From contig DANO01000025.1 of NCBI GenBank assembly GCA_002497295.1, positions 71,098 through 135,097 on the forward strand: a DNA stretch of 64,000 nucleotides, written 5' to 3'. The DNA comes from Euryarchaeota archaeon UBA171 (GTDB taxonomy: Archaea; Thermoplasmatota; Poseidoniia; Poseidoniales; Thalassarchaeaceae). The notes under the pieces are model-generated. The model had not been told where the DNA came from. It saw nothing but the letters and a program-made list of their open reading frames with translations, and ran no database searches. Below are positions 7,091 through 14,970 of the stretch, in pieces; positions within the stretch are counted from its first letter, which is position 1; every line of letters begins with the position of its first letter. Made by a program: the position numbers and the translations under genes.

Positions 7091-9922
7091 TCAAATCATT
7101 CTTCGAATATGCGTCGCAACTAAGTTTGAATCTGGGAGCATATAATCTTCGAGAGGAGGCGAAAATGGTACAGGAGTATCCAAAGCGCCAATCACTACAG
7201 GAGGCCCCTCTAGGGACCAAAATGATCCTTCAACTATGGATGAACAAACAGTATGTCCGAAACCGCCGGTCCACTGAGCCTCTTGAAGAACGATTAGTCG
7301 ACCTGTTCGATTAACAGACTCAATACATGTAGCCGAATCAAGAGGATGAAGAGTTCTAAGATCTATTACTTCTACTTCTATGCCCTCTCGAGAGACCATC
7401 TTCGAAGCACTCATTGCAACATGCACCATAGCCCCCCAGGTCACTACCGTGATATCCCTCCCGGGGCGAGTCACACGCGCTTTACCTATCGACGTAGTGC
7501 CCGTCATGATTCGTTGTTCAGCCATCGAAGTGTCCACTGATTGACTGATGCGGTCTCCCCATCCTGTAAGCCCGCCCCTCAACCCATACAGGCCTATATG
7601 CTCCAGAAGTATGAATGGATCATCGGTAGCAGCCCCTTCTAGCAGGAGGTCATAGGCATCTTGGGGATTCGACGGGAATCCAATCAAGAGGCCGGGATCG
7701 TTTAGCAACCAAGATTCAATCATATTTGCATGGAACGGGCCACTTCTTGTTTTCCCGCCAAGCGGTATTCTAACAGTTATCGGCACATCGGCACCCCATC
7801 TCCATCGGAGCTGTGCTGCATTATTCACGAGAGCATTCATTGCTAATGCAGCGAATCCTCCAAACTGTATTTCTGCTACTGGTCGCAACCCCCCCATTGC
7901 TGCACCTGTGGCGCTGTTGATGATGATGGATTCTGAAAGAGGCATGTCGAGTAGCTTATCCCCATGTCCTTTGGCTTTGAGAGCCAGATTGAGGCCGAAT
8001 GCGCCAGCAACCTCCATGTCCTCTCCCATGAATATTGATAGATCCCCAGATCTCTCCGCGATTTCAACCATGGCGCTTTGTATTGCTTTGCTGAACGTCC
8101 ATGCATTAGATGCATCACTGAACTCCATTGGAGTCAATATTGGAGAAGCAGATTTCTCAGAGCCTTTCTCTAGGATTTCCAATTGTTGGTCGTGAGTTCT
8201 TGCATTACTCATCATAGTCACGCCGGTTATCACTGATTCAGGATCAGGCCAAGGCATTGCCTCTACCTTGTAGCGTGCCTCCTCGCAAAGAGCCTCCTCC
8301 TCTTGATAAATCAATTTAACATCTCTAGCGCCAGCTCCCATCTTCCTGATCAAAACCTCGTGATTCGATATCGGCTCTTTATCAGCCCAGTAATTCAGTA
8401 GATCACGATCAACATATCCTGGAGGATTACCGCTCTCAGCGCCCAGATACAGGTCGTCATGATGATGCGCGTGTCCGCACCCACGCATGGTCTCTACATG
8501 GATTATGGACCCGCCTCCTCCTGAAATTGCAAGCTCACGTGCGACAGCAACCGACGCGTAATACGCAGATGGATCAGACCCGTCTATCGTCCAAGCAGGC
8601 AAACCTACAGCAACGCCCTTGTCTCCAAACGTCTCTGCTCCAGATTGCCGCCCCGAGAATGTATCGAGAGCAATTTGATTATTTTGAATAATATAGCAGA
8701 TTGGAAGGCCTCTGACTCCTGCCAGATTTATCGCTTCCCAGAATTCCCCGCTGCTGCTGCACCCTTCCCCTACGGGCGCGAGATGGAATCGCCTTATTCC
8801 CAATCGTTTCGATGCAAGAGCTACTCCCGTAATCGTTGCACTTGCAATCGGTAAAGGTGCAGTGGGCGGAAGTATTCCTTTACTCCAATCTCCTATGTGA
8901 AGGTCCCTGCCCCCGCCTCCAATGTGTCCTCCATTCATTTTAGACTCTGATTTACCCATTTGTGCAGCCATTATCGATAGAGGCGTCTGGCCAAGTGCCA
9001 AGGCAAGTCCGAGATCCCTAATCATAGGGGCAGCAAAATCTGTACCCTTCTCGATAGCCATTCCACAGGCAGCAACAGCTTCCTGCCAAGTTGACCTGAA
9101 CCCCTTTCCGCCAAACCTCGCTCCTTCCGGGGTCTCCACACCTTTTACGAACAAGTCTTTCAGATGCTCATCGAGTATCTTCGTTCTGACCATCCATCGA
9201 TGCCACTCAAGGCGCTGTTCGAGAGTCACTGCAGCCGAATAGGCCAATCTTCTCAGAGTTAGCCGAATATCCAATACGAATCTAGATCTACGCCTTGATA
9301 GATACGTTCTGCCATCCCTCCGTGGCATGATCTCCATTTCTAGAACGTCTCCGACTTCAAGATCATGCAGACGCTCATCGAAAGCCTCGTACAAGCACTT
9401 CGAAAACGATTCCGACCAGTTGTGGAAATCATCTCCATTCATCGATTTGACGGGCAAGTTAGATTCCAGAACAGATGCAACCAAGTTTAGATGTCCATCC
9501 CACCTCTCAGCAACAAATCTTAGGATTTCTGACCGAATAACTTCCCAGTGTAGCGGCTTAGAAAATTTCAGAGGAGCTTCCGGCTGCCAATCCACGCCCC
9601 ATATCGGCGGCAGATCGGATTGCTCCTTCACACCGCTCTCCACCGTATTCTTCAATGCATGATTTCTGCTATCAGCCTCTCGAATTAGTGCCTCTTCGCC
9701 GACCCCAGGTCTCATCCAAACCCTTGCATCAGAGGTCCTACCTTGTCCGCTGCCTGAACGCTCGATAAGCACTCGAGTCCGCTCCGAGCATTTTGAGCAT
9801 CGCCTGTCCAGTGCTTTGAGGCCCCTTTTCGAAGAAAACCATGGTTGATGATGCATACATGCAGGACACCTCCATATCCCTGATGATGGTGTGCTCATGA
9901 TACCTGCAGAACGATAAAGCAC
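7091..9922 (-). CDS. Fused 2-oxoacid dehydrogenase E1 component (alpha+beta in one chain, branched-chain type) with N-terminal Cys4 zinc-ribbon extension
   Basis: The alpha part carries a ThDP motif, VGEGCSSSGEFWEAINLAGVRGLPICYIIQNNQIA. The beta part reads FMGEDMEVAGAFGLN...DMPLSESIIINSATGAAMGGLRPVAEIQFGGFA. The first roughly 210 aa are unrelated and contain CPAC-x19-CSKC. It has a GTG start at 9922, with an alternative ATG at 9898. Confidence 0.85.
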   Translation of the reverse strand: MLYRSAGIMSTPSSGIWRCPACMHHQPWFSSKRGLKALDRRCSKCSERTRVLIERSGSGQGRTSDARVWMRPGVGEEALIREADSRNHALKNTVESGVKEQSDLPPIWGVDWQPEAPLKFSKPLHWEVIRSEILRFVAERWDGHLNLVASVLESNLPVKSMNGDDFHNWSESFSKCLYEAFDERLHDLEVGDVLEMEIMPRRDGRTYLSRRRSRFVLDIRLTLRRLAYSAAVTLEQRLEWHRWMVRTKILDEHLKDLFVKGVETPEGARFGGKGFRSTWQEAVAACGMAIEKGTDFAAPMIRDLGLALALGQTPLSIMAAQMGKSESKMNGGHIGGGGRDLHIGDWSKGILPPTAPLPIASATITGVALASKRLGIRRFHLAPVGEGCSSSGEFWEAINLAGVRGLPICYIIQNNQIALDTFSGRQSGAETFGDKGVAVGLPAWTIDGSDPSAYYASVAVARELAISGGGGSIIHVETMRGCGHAHHHDDLYLGAESGNPPGYVDRDLLNYWADKEPISNHEVLIRKMGAGARDVKLIYQEEEALCEEARYKVEAMPWPDPESVITGVTMMSNARTHDQQLEILEKGSEKSASPILTPMEFSDASNAWTFSKAIQSAMVEIAERSGDLSIFMGEDMEVAGAFGLNLALKAKGHGDKLLDMPLSESIIINSATGAAMGGLRPVAEIQFGGFAALAMNALVNNAAQLRWRWGADVPITVRIPLGGKTRSGPFHANMIESWLLNDPGLLIGFPSNPQDAYDLLLEGAATDDPFILLEHIGLYGLRGGLTGWGDRISQSVDTSMAEQRIMTGTTSIGKARVTRPGRDITVVTWGAMVHVAMSASKMVSREGIEVEVIDLRTLHPLDSATCIESVNRTGRLIVLQEAQWTGGFGHTVCSSIVEGSFWSLEGPPVVIGALDTPVPFSPPLEDYMLPDSNLVATHIRRMI

Positions 9923-9948
9923 ATCATATATTCGATGAATTGATTATA

Positions 9949-9955
9949 ATATAAA
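9949..9955 (-). promoter_or_regulatory. Putative TATA box (TTTATAT on minus strand) for the fused E1 gene
   Basis: It lies 27-33 nt upstream of the GTG at 9922, the spacing expected for a leaderless or short-leader archaeal transcript. Many other TATA-like words occur nearby, so the assignment is weak. Confidence 0.3.
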
Positions 9956-10079
9956 CATAAATTATAATTTTTAAAAATGATATTTTTACATTAAAAAAAA
10001 GTATTACTGAATTTAAATTTACAACATATTATAAATTAAATTATTTTTATATTACATAAATTTTAAAGATATTAGTCGG

Positions 10080-10087
10080 AAATAAAA
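10080..10087 (-). terminator. Putative archaeal oligo-T terminator (TTTTATTT on minus strand)
   Basis: It lies 18-25 nt after the stop of the E1-like/rhodanese gene, at the end of a long co-directional gene string. A T8 run follows at 9993-10000. Confidence 0.3.
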
Positions 10088-10104
10088 CATGAATTAATTT
10101 ATTA

Positions 10105-11199
10105 CTAATATCTTGGAATATTTTGATCAATCTCTCTAGACCAGAGGTCTATCCCCCCTACTAGATTCGATACCCTGGAATCGAATGCTGGCAAACTTCC
10201 AAGATATCTCACTACACTTGCCGATCTAACTCCTGAGTGACAATACACAACAATCGGCACACTGAGTGGTAATTCATCGATTCTGCTGGGCACGTTGAAG
10301 TGCTCAATTCTGAGATCCGTCTCATCTATGGAGGCTATCGACTCCTCATCAGCCCTCCTCACATCGAGAAGGAAGAAATCAACGCCATCATCAATCATTG
10401 ACTTCAGTTGAATAGGCTGAATGGAAGGTGAAATCGAATTATTGGACTTCAATTGCGTAACATCTTCATTCTCTTCTTTCCCTGGGAAACCAATTTGTAA
10501 AATCCTAGTTTTCATCGTCATTGCATCCATAATCAACAATCGACCAGAAAGAGTCTCACCTATGCCTAGCAAGATCTTAATCGCTTCTGCTGCTTGTATT
10601 GACCCAAGGATACCCGTAATTGCCCCAAGAACGCCTGCATCAGCACAACTAGGGGCCAACTCTGGCGGCGGCGGATCGGGAAATAGATCTCTGTAATTAG
10701 GCCCATTTTCGTGATTGAAAACTGAAACTTGCCCCTCAAATCTAAGAACGCTGGCAAAAACCCAGGGTATGCCGAGGCTTTTGCAAGCATCGTTTATGGA
10801 ATAACGAGCCTCGAAACTATCGGTACCATCGATAACTACGTCTGAACCTCCAAGGAGACGTTCAGCGTTTTCAGGACAAACTCGTTCTCCAATCGGCTCA
10901 ATTACGATTTTACTGTCAAGTGCGCTCAGGCGCCTTCGGGCAGATTCGACCTTACTCTCTCCTACCTCGGTTTCAGAATGTATGACCTGTCTTTGGAGAT
11001 TAGACTCATCTACAACGTCATCGTCTATCACTCTAATTTTCCCTATCCCTGCGGCAGCAAGATACAGCAATGCGGGAGATCCGAGACCGCCAGCTCCAAC
11101 AATAGTGACTACGGAATTGGCTAGCCTAATCTGCCCGCCTAACCCTACTTCGTCAAGTACAATATGCCTGCTGTACCTTTCCAGACGTTCTTTTTCCAT
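10105..11199 (-). CDS. MoeB/ThiF/UbaA-type E1-like adenylyltransferase with C-terminal rhodanese domain
   Basis: RYSRHIVLDEVGLGGQIRLANSVVTIVGAGGLGSPALLYLAAAGIG is the nucleotide-binding fold. It is followed by SCADAGVLG, and the C-terminal rhodanese domain has the active-site loop VVYCHSGVRS. Confidence 0.85.
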   Translation of the reverse strand: MEKERLERYSRHIVLDEVGLGGQIRLANSVVTIVGAGGLGSPALLYLAAAGIGKIRVIDDDVVDESNLQRQVIHSETEVGESKVESARRRLSALDSKIVIEPIGERVCPENAERLLGGSDVVIDGTDSFEARYSINDACKSLGIPWVFASVLRFEGQVSVFNHENGPNYRDLFPDPPPPELAPSCADAGVLGAITGILGSIQAAEAIKILLGIGETLSGRLLIMDAMTMKTRILQIGFPGKEENEDVTQLKSNNSISPSIQPIQLKSMIDDGVDFFLLDVRRADEESIASIDETDLRIEHFNVPSRIDELPLSVPIVVYCHSGVRSASVVRYLGSLPAFDSRVSNLVGGIDLWSREIDQNIPRY

Positions 11200-11203
11200 A
11201 ATT

Positions 11204-11605
11204 TCACAACCCCGGAGATATCAATCGTATGGATGAAACAATGAAGCTGAATCTCCCCCATGCGACTGTCATTTTACGCGATTTTGTAGGAGATAGGCTC
11301 ACTCCAAACAATATGAACAATAGCCGTTGAATGAAATTTTGTTGAAGTGCATTTTCGGGTTTTTCTATGTCTAAAAACCACCTTTCTAAATCTGTGAGGA
11401 TACAGTATCCGTCACGAGTGAACCAGAGAATTTCAGTTACGGCGTAGACGATAATCACTGCCCATAAGATCGAATCCCATGGGGAAAGCCAACCTACTGC
11501 AACAAGAAATGTCACTGCAATATGTGTCAGATAGAGGCAATATGCCGCTGCTCTGTTAACGAAAGCAACATCTCCTCGCCCCTGATCAAAAACGCCTCGT
11601 TCCAT
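11204..11605 (-). CDS. Small membrane protein, DUF2784-like
   Basis: It has three to four hydrophobic segments. DGYCILTDLERWF resembles the conserved C-P-L-T-x-L-E-x-W motif of DUF2784 as I remember it. It is packed between trxB and the E1-like gene with 9-nt and 4-nt gaps. Confidence 0.5.
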   Translation of the reverse strand: MERGVFDQGRGDVAFVNRAAAYCLYLTHIAVTFLVAVGWLSPWDSILWAVIIVYAVTEILWFTRDGYCILTDLERWFLDIEKPENALQQNFIQRLLFILFGVSLSPTKSRKMTVAWGRFSFIVSSIRLISPGL

Positions 11606-11614
11606 GGCAACGCC

Positions 11615-12550
11615 TCAATGCTGTGATTCCAGCCATCTTTCTGCATCTATAGCCGCTTGGCACCCCATCCCTGCAGCGGTTATCGCCTGCCGATATCGCG
11701 TGTCGACCACGTCTCCTGCAGCGAAAATCCCTGGGATGCTGGTCATGGTGTGTTCTGAATGTATGATGTATCCCTCTTCATCTGTATCCACTTGGCCTTC
11801 CAAGAATTCAGTTATCGGTCTGTGCCCTATGGCTATGAATGCGCCAGTACAATCGATTTCTTCTAGAGAACCATCTCTAGGGTCTTCCAGCACCGCTCCA
11901 ATAAGCCCTTTATCATCTGAAAGCCACTCTTTCACTTGCCGATGAGCCCTTATTTCGATTTTAGGATGGTTCTTTGCGCGTTCTAGCATGACTTTTGAGG
12001 CCCTAAATACGGCCCTGCGATGGATTATCGTAACTTTACTCGCGAATCTTGTCAAGAATGTGGCCTCTTCCATGGCAGAATCGCCACCACCCACTACAAT
12101 CACTTCATCGCCTCTGAAGAAAGCACCATCACAAGTTGCACAGGTGGATATGCCTCTCCCCTTCTGCCCCTGTTCCCCCTCTGCACCGAGCCATATCGCT
12201 TCAGCACCAGTGCAAATAATGACGGTCTCGGCTCTGAATTCTTCGCCTTCGACCCATATCCCGAATGGTCGCGAGGAAAAATCAACCTTCTCAACATTCT
12301 TATCGACCACTTTAAGTCCAAATCTTTCCGCTTGTGAGCGTAGATCAATCATCATCTCAGGACCACCTATGCCTTGGGGGTACCCTGGAAAGTTTTCAAT
12401 GTCCGAAGTGAGCATTAACTGCCCTCCAGACATGTATCCTGCGAACATCATTGGCTCCATCATGGCTCTAGCCGAGTATAGGCCCGCAGTATACCCTGCT
12501 GGGCCCGATCCGATGATGATGACGTTGTGTACGGCCTGTGACATATGCAC
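11615..12550 (-). CDS. trxB: Thioredoxin reductase
   Basis: It has the FAD-binding motif VIIIGSGPAGYTAG, the redox-active CATCDGAFF, the NADPH-binding motif VVGGGDSAMEEA and a C-terminal GIFAAGDV. The start is the GTG at 12550 or the ATG at 12544. Confidence 0.9.
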   Translation of the reverse strand: MHMSQAVHNVIIIGSGPAGYTAGLYSARAMMEPMMFAGYMSGGQLMLTSDIENFPGYPQGIGGPEMMIDLRSQAERFGLKVVDKNVEKVDFSSRPFGIWVEGEEFRAETVIICTGAEAIWLGAEGEQGQKGRGISTCATCDGAFFRGDEVIVVGGGDSAMEEATFLTRFASKVTIIHRRAVFRASKVMLERAKNHPKIEIRAHRQVKEWLSDDKGLIGAVLEDPRDGSLEEIDCTGAFIAIGHRPITEFLEGQVDTDEEGYIIHSEHTMTSIPGIFAAGDVVDTRYRQAITAAGMGCQAAIDAERWLESQH

Positions 12551-12615
12551 TTCTGAATGCTAGGAGTCCCTTCAACATTGACCATGCGAATCGAAGATTC
12601 TGATTGCCCGACCCG

Positions 12616-13014
12616 TTATCCAATCATTGCTTGAATTGCCTTTATGGCTGCTCTGGCATGGGGCTCCAGTCGAGATTCAATATGCTCGGGCTCTGCACCC
12701 GGTCCGATAATTCCTAGGCCAACCGGTTTGTCATATCCAATCTGGAGCTCAACGAGACTCTTGATCACTGCTTGCCCCATTGCAAGCCCATGGCTCGTCT
12801 GTCCTTTTTCTATGATACCAAGACACGCCACGCCTGCAATCTGCTCATTTTCAAGTAGACGGGCAGTTGCTAGGGGGGCTTCCATTGAACCTGGAACCCA
12901 TACTACTTCTGTTATTTCTAGACCACATTCAGATGCTTCGGATTCAGCATACAAAATCATCTCCCCAACTTCCCTTTTGTGGAATGAGCCGCATACAAGA
13001 GCTATGGAATTCAT
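12616..13014 (-). CDS. ribH: 6,7-dimethyl-8-ribityllumazine synthase (short archaeal type)
   Basis: At 132 aa, VVWVPGSMEAPLATARLLE...ACLGIIEKGQTSHG...DKPVGLGIIGPG aligns with archaeal RibH. Its start overlaps the ribE stop by 4 nt. Confidence 0.85.
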   Translation of the reverse strand: MNSIALVCGSFHKREVGEMILYAESEASECGLEITEVVWVPGSMEAPLATARLLENEQIAGVACLGIIEKGQTSHGLAMGQAVIKSLVELQIGYDKPVGLGIIGPGAEPEHIESRLEPHARAAIKAIQAMIG

Positions 13015-13700
13015 TTGGAGACCCCCTCCAGATTCGATAGTTGATTCCGGTTATTTGAATCCAATAGTGAATTTTTACTTATCATTTTCTTGACAGTATC
13101 CACAACGGCCTGGGTCGACGATTCTATTTCCACATTAACTGTGGATCCCACCTGTTTTCCGGCCAATGTAGTACGTCGTATTGTTTCTGGAATAATGTGG
13201 AGATCAAACCCTCCTGAGTCATGAGTCTTGCCGACTGTCAGGGAGATGCCATCTATTGCAATATATCCCTTCTCGAAGACATATTCGGAGACCTCAGGAG
13301 GCACATGGATTTCGATATCCATCGTCTTAGATCCATTGAGACCCTGTTCGAGAATATCCATTCTCTTTATTTCTCCAACAGCCATTACGTGCCCCGATAC
13401 AAGATGCCCCCCTACTTCATCGCCGTATCTGAGAGCACGTTCCATATTCAACCAGTCACCTGCTTTTCGAAGACAGAGAGTTGAACGTTCTAGAGTTTCG
13501 TGTATAAGGTCGAAGGATATGGAGTCGCCATGAATTTCGACAACAGTCAGACAGACACCATCTAGAGCGACACTCGCTCCAATTTCCAAATTTTCTCCAT
13601 GCCTCGGAGGCAGATCAATTACCCACCTGGTGAATCCATCGAACTGTTTCACCGAACTAAGTTCCGCTTTACCTTCGACGATACCTGTGAACACTACCAA
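13011..13700 (-). CDS. ribE: Riboflavin synthase, bacterial/eukaryotic two-barrel alpha-chain type
   Basis: It begins MVFTGIVEGKAE, has GASVALDGVCLTVV in barrel 1 and GYIAIDGISLTVG in barrel 2, and carries a roughly 25-aa C-terminal extension. Confidence 0.85.
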   Translation of the reverse strand: MVVFTGIVEGKAELSSVKQFDGFTRWVIDLPPRHGENLEIGASVALDGVCLTVVEIHGDSISFDLIHETLERSTLCLRKAGDWLNMERALRYGDEVGGHLVSGHVMAVGEIKRMDILEQGLNGSKTMDIEIHVPPEVSEYVFEKGYIAIDGISLTVGKTHDSGGFDLHIIPETIRRTTLAGKQVGSTVNVEIESSTQAVVDTVKKMISKNSLLDSNNRNQLSNLEGVSK

Positions 13701-14156
13701 TCACTCCTCAAACGGGCCGCCTTCTTCATTTGGCCAAAGATTCAAGATTTTGGCAATTATTTTTCTGGTCCCATCAAGATCGTCTGCAAGGCCATCTACC
13801 CTGATCACATCAACATCGCCGTGGCCATTCGAATCCAACCCTTCTCGGATGGCGTCTATGGAGTGCTTCTGATCATACCCGAGGGCAATAATATCCGGCG
13901 AGATATCATCCAGTATATCGAATATGGGTGTAGAAGGAGGATTCCCTACAATTGCCGAGTTTACCGGTTTCAGTCCCTCAACCATCCTCTTCCGCAAGTC
14001 ATGTGATGTCACTGGCTCATGCTTCCGCTGACGAACTGTGTCGTCATGTGCAACTACGACTACGAGATCGTCCCCCAGCAATTTTGCCTGCTCCAAGTAG
14101 TGTAGATGTCCTGCATGTAGAAGGTCGAATACGCCCACAGCCATTACCCGACTCAC
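13701..14156 (-). CDS. ribL: Archaeal FAD synthetase (FMN adenylyltransferase, cytidylyltransferase fold)
   Basis: VMAVGVFDLLHAGHLHYLEQAKLLGDDLVVVVAHDDTV is the (H/T)xGH nucleotidyltransferase motif in the RibL context. The gene abuts ribE with no gap. Confidence 0.85.
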   Translation of the reverse strand: MSRVMAVGVFDLLHAGHLHYLEQAKLLGDDLVVVVAHDDTVRQRKHEPVTSHDLRKRMVEGLKPVNSAIVGNPPSTPIFDILDDISPDIIALGYDQKHSIDAIREGLDSNGHGDVDVIRVDGLADDLDGTRKIIAKILNLWPNEEGGPFEE

Positions 14157-14167
14157 ACAAACACCCC

Positions 14168-14896
14168 CTAATTTCCAAGTCCATGGGCCTTAAGCAAATC
14201 ATCGCCTGTAAGCATGGGTATGGAATGACGCATCGCATAGATCCGGGCTTCTTCTACGGGAAGCGCACCATCTCCGTCCGGTTGAAGCATCTCAGCTCCA
14301 ATAGTACACGGCCTCAACCCGGCAAGTCTTGCAATGCTCACGGCCAGCTCAGTATGCCCCTGTCGAGCAGTCAATCCCCCCGGTGCTTCTCTACATACGG
14401 GGATATGGCCCGGTGTTCGAAATTCATTGCCCAAGGCCTCACGAGCCTTTTTCGGCGATATATTAGATCGCATCAATTCGTCGCACAACTCCCCAAATCT
14501 CCTCGTAGTCAGCGCTCTATCCCTGTCTGTAATGCCAGTGTACGTATCTCTATGGTTGATTGATAGTGTGAATGCGGACCGGGTATCGTACTGAAGATCG
14601 TTGGTCTTAAGCAAATCAAGAACAGGGTGAAGAGTAGTCAACGCCGGATGAATGTGTATATCTTGAAGCCAAGGTAAATCGAACATGCCCCCGATCTCTT
14701 CGCCTATCGCAAGAAAGAGTAATCCTCCGCAATCTTGTCTAAGTTTTCGTATGACACCCGGACTGGCATATTGAGCCGGCCAGAGTAGATCAGTCTCGCA
14801 CTCTCTGAAAGACGAATCGAAAACCATTACTGGCTTACCTTTGCTGAATGCGTCAACTGCCAAGGCCACTTGATCCGCCCCCCTCGTCGCGTCCAT
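14168..14896 (-). CDS. ribB: 3,4-dihydroxy-2-butanone 4-phosphate synthase (archaeal type)
   Basis: FDSSFRECETDLLW, SINHRDTYTGITDRDRA, FRTPGHIP and RQGHTELAV align with archaeal RibB. The ORF track starts at 15043, but that would overlap the divergent gene, so I use the ATG at 14896 (MDATRGAD). Confidence 0.85.
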   Translation of the reverse strand: MDATRGADQVALAVDAFSKGKPVMVFDSSFRECETDLLWPAQYASPGVIRKLRQDCGGLLFLAIGEEIGGMFDLPWLQDIHIHPALTTLHPVLDLLKTNDLQYDTRSAFTLSINHRDTYTGITDRDRALTTRRFGELCDELMRSNISPKKAREALGNEFRTPGHIPVCREAPGGLTARQGHTELAVSIARLAGLRPCTIGAEMLQPDGDGALPVEEARIYAMRHSIPMLTGDDLLKAHGLGN

Positions 14897-14919
14897 GAGT
14901 CTCCCTCCCGATGTTCTGC

Positions 14920-14925
14920 TAAATA
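14920..14925. promoter_or_regulatory. Putative shared TATA element (TAAATA / TATTTA) in the 74-bp divergent ribB / protease-MFS intergenic region
   Basis: It lies 24-29 nt from the ribB ATG, consistent with a leaderless transcript, and about 46-51 nt from the ATG at 14971. It is the only AT-rich word in the gap. Confidence 0.3.
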
Positions 14926-14970
14926 GGGTGACGTTTCGACCCCATAGGTTTCCAATTGAGCGCAAGTAAC

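Larger units (their letters stand above)
9923..10104. other. Extremely AT-rich intergenic island (about 12 percent G+C by hand count)
   Basis: This is the largest non-coding gap in the window. It contains an A8 run (9993-10000), ATTATAA three times, ACATAAATT twice and the inverted repeat AAAAAT-GAT-ATTTTT (9973-9987). Confidence 0.9.

Noticed and set aside
9923-10104. The AT-rich island could be a CRISPR leader or array, a structured ncRNA, or a remnant of a mobile-element end.
   Set aside because: There are no regularly spaced direct repeats of CRISPR size. There are no flanking cas, integrase or transposase genes and no target-site duplication that I can see. About 12 percent G+C is incompatible with a stably folded RNA.
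10105-11605. I searched for a small ubiquitin-like SAMP/MoaD/ThiS gene (about 70-100 aa, ending in GG) beside the E1-like/rhodanese gene.
   Set aside because: The only adjacent small ORF (11204-11605) is a hydrophobic membrane protein ending in PGL. No GG-terminal small ORF is present on either strand nearby.
14897-14970. An FMN riboswitch might lie upstream of the riboflavin operon.
   Set aside because: The intergenic gap is only 74 bp and is shared with a divergent promoter. That is too short for the roughly 130-nt FMN aptamer, and no conserved aptamer strings were recognised.
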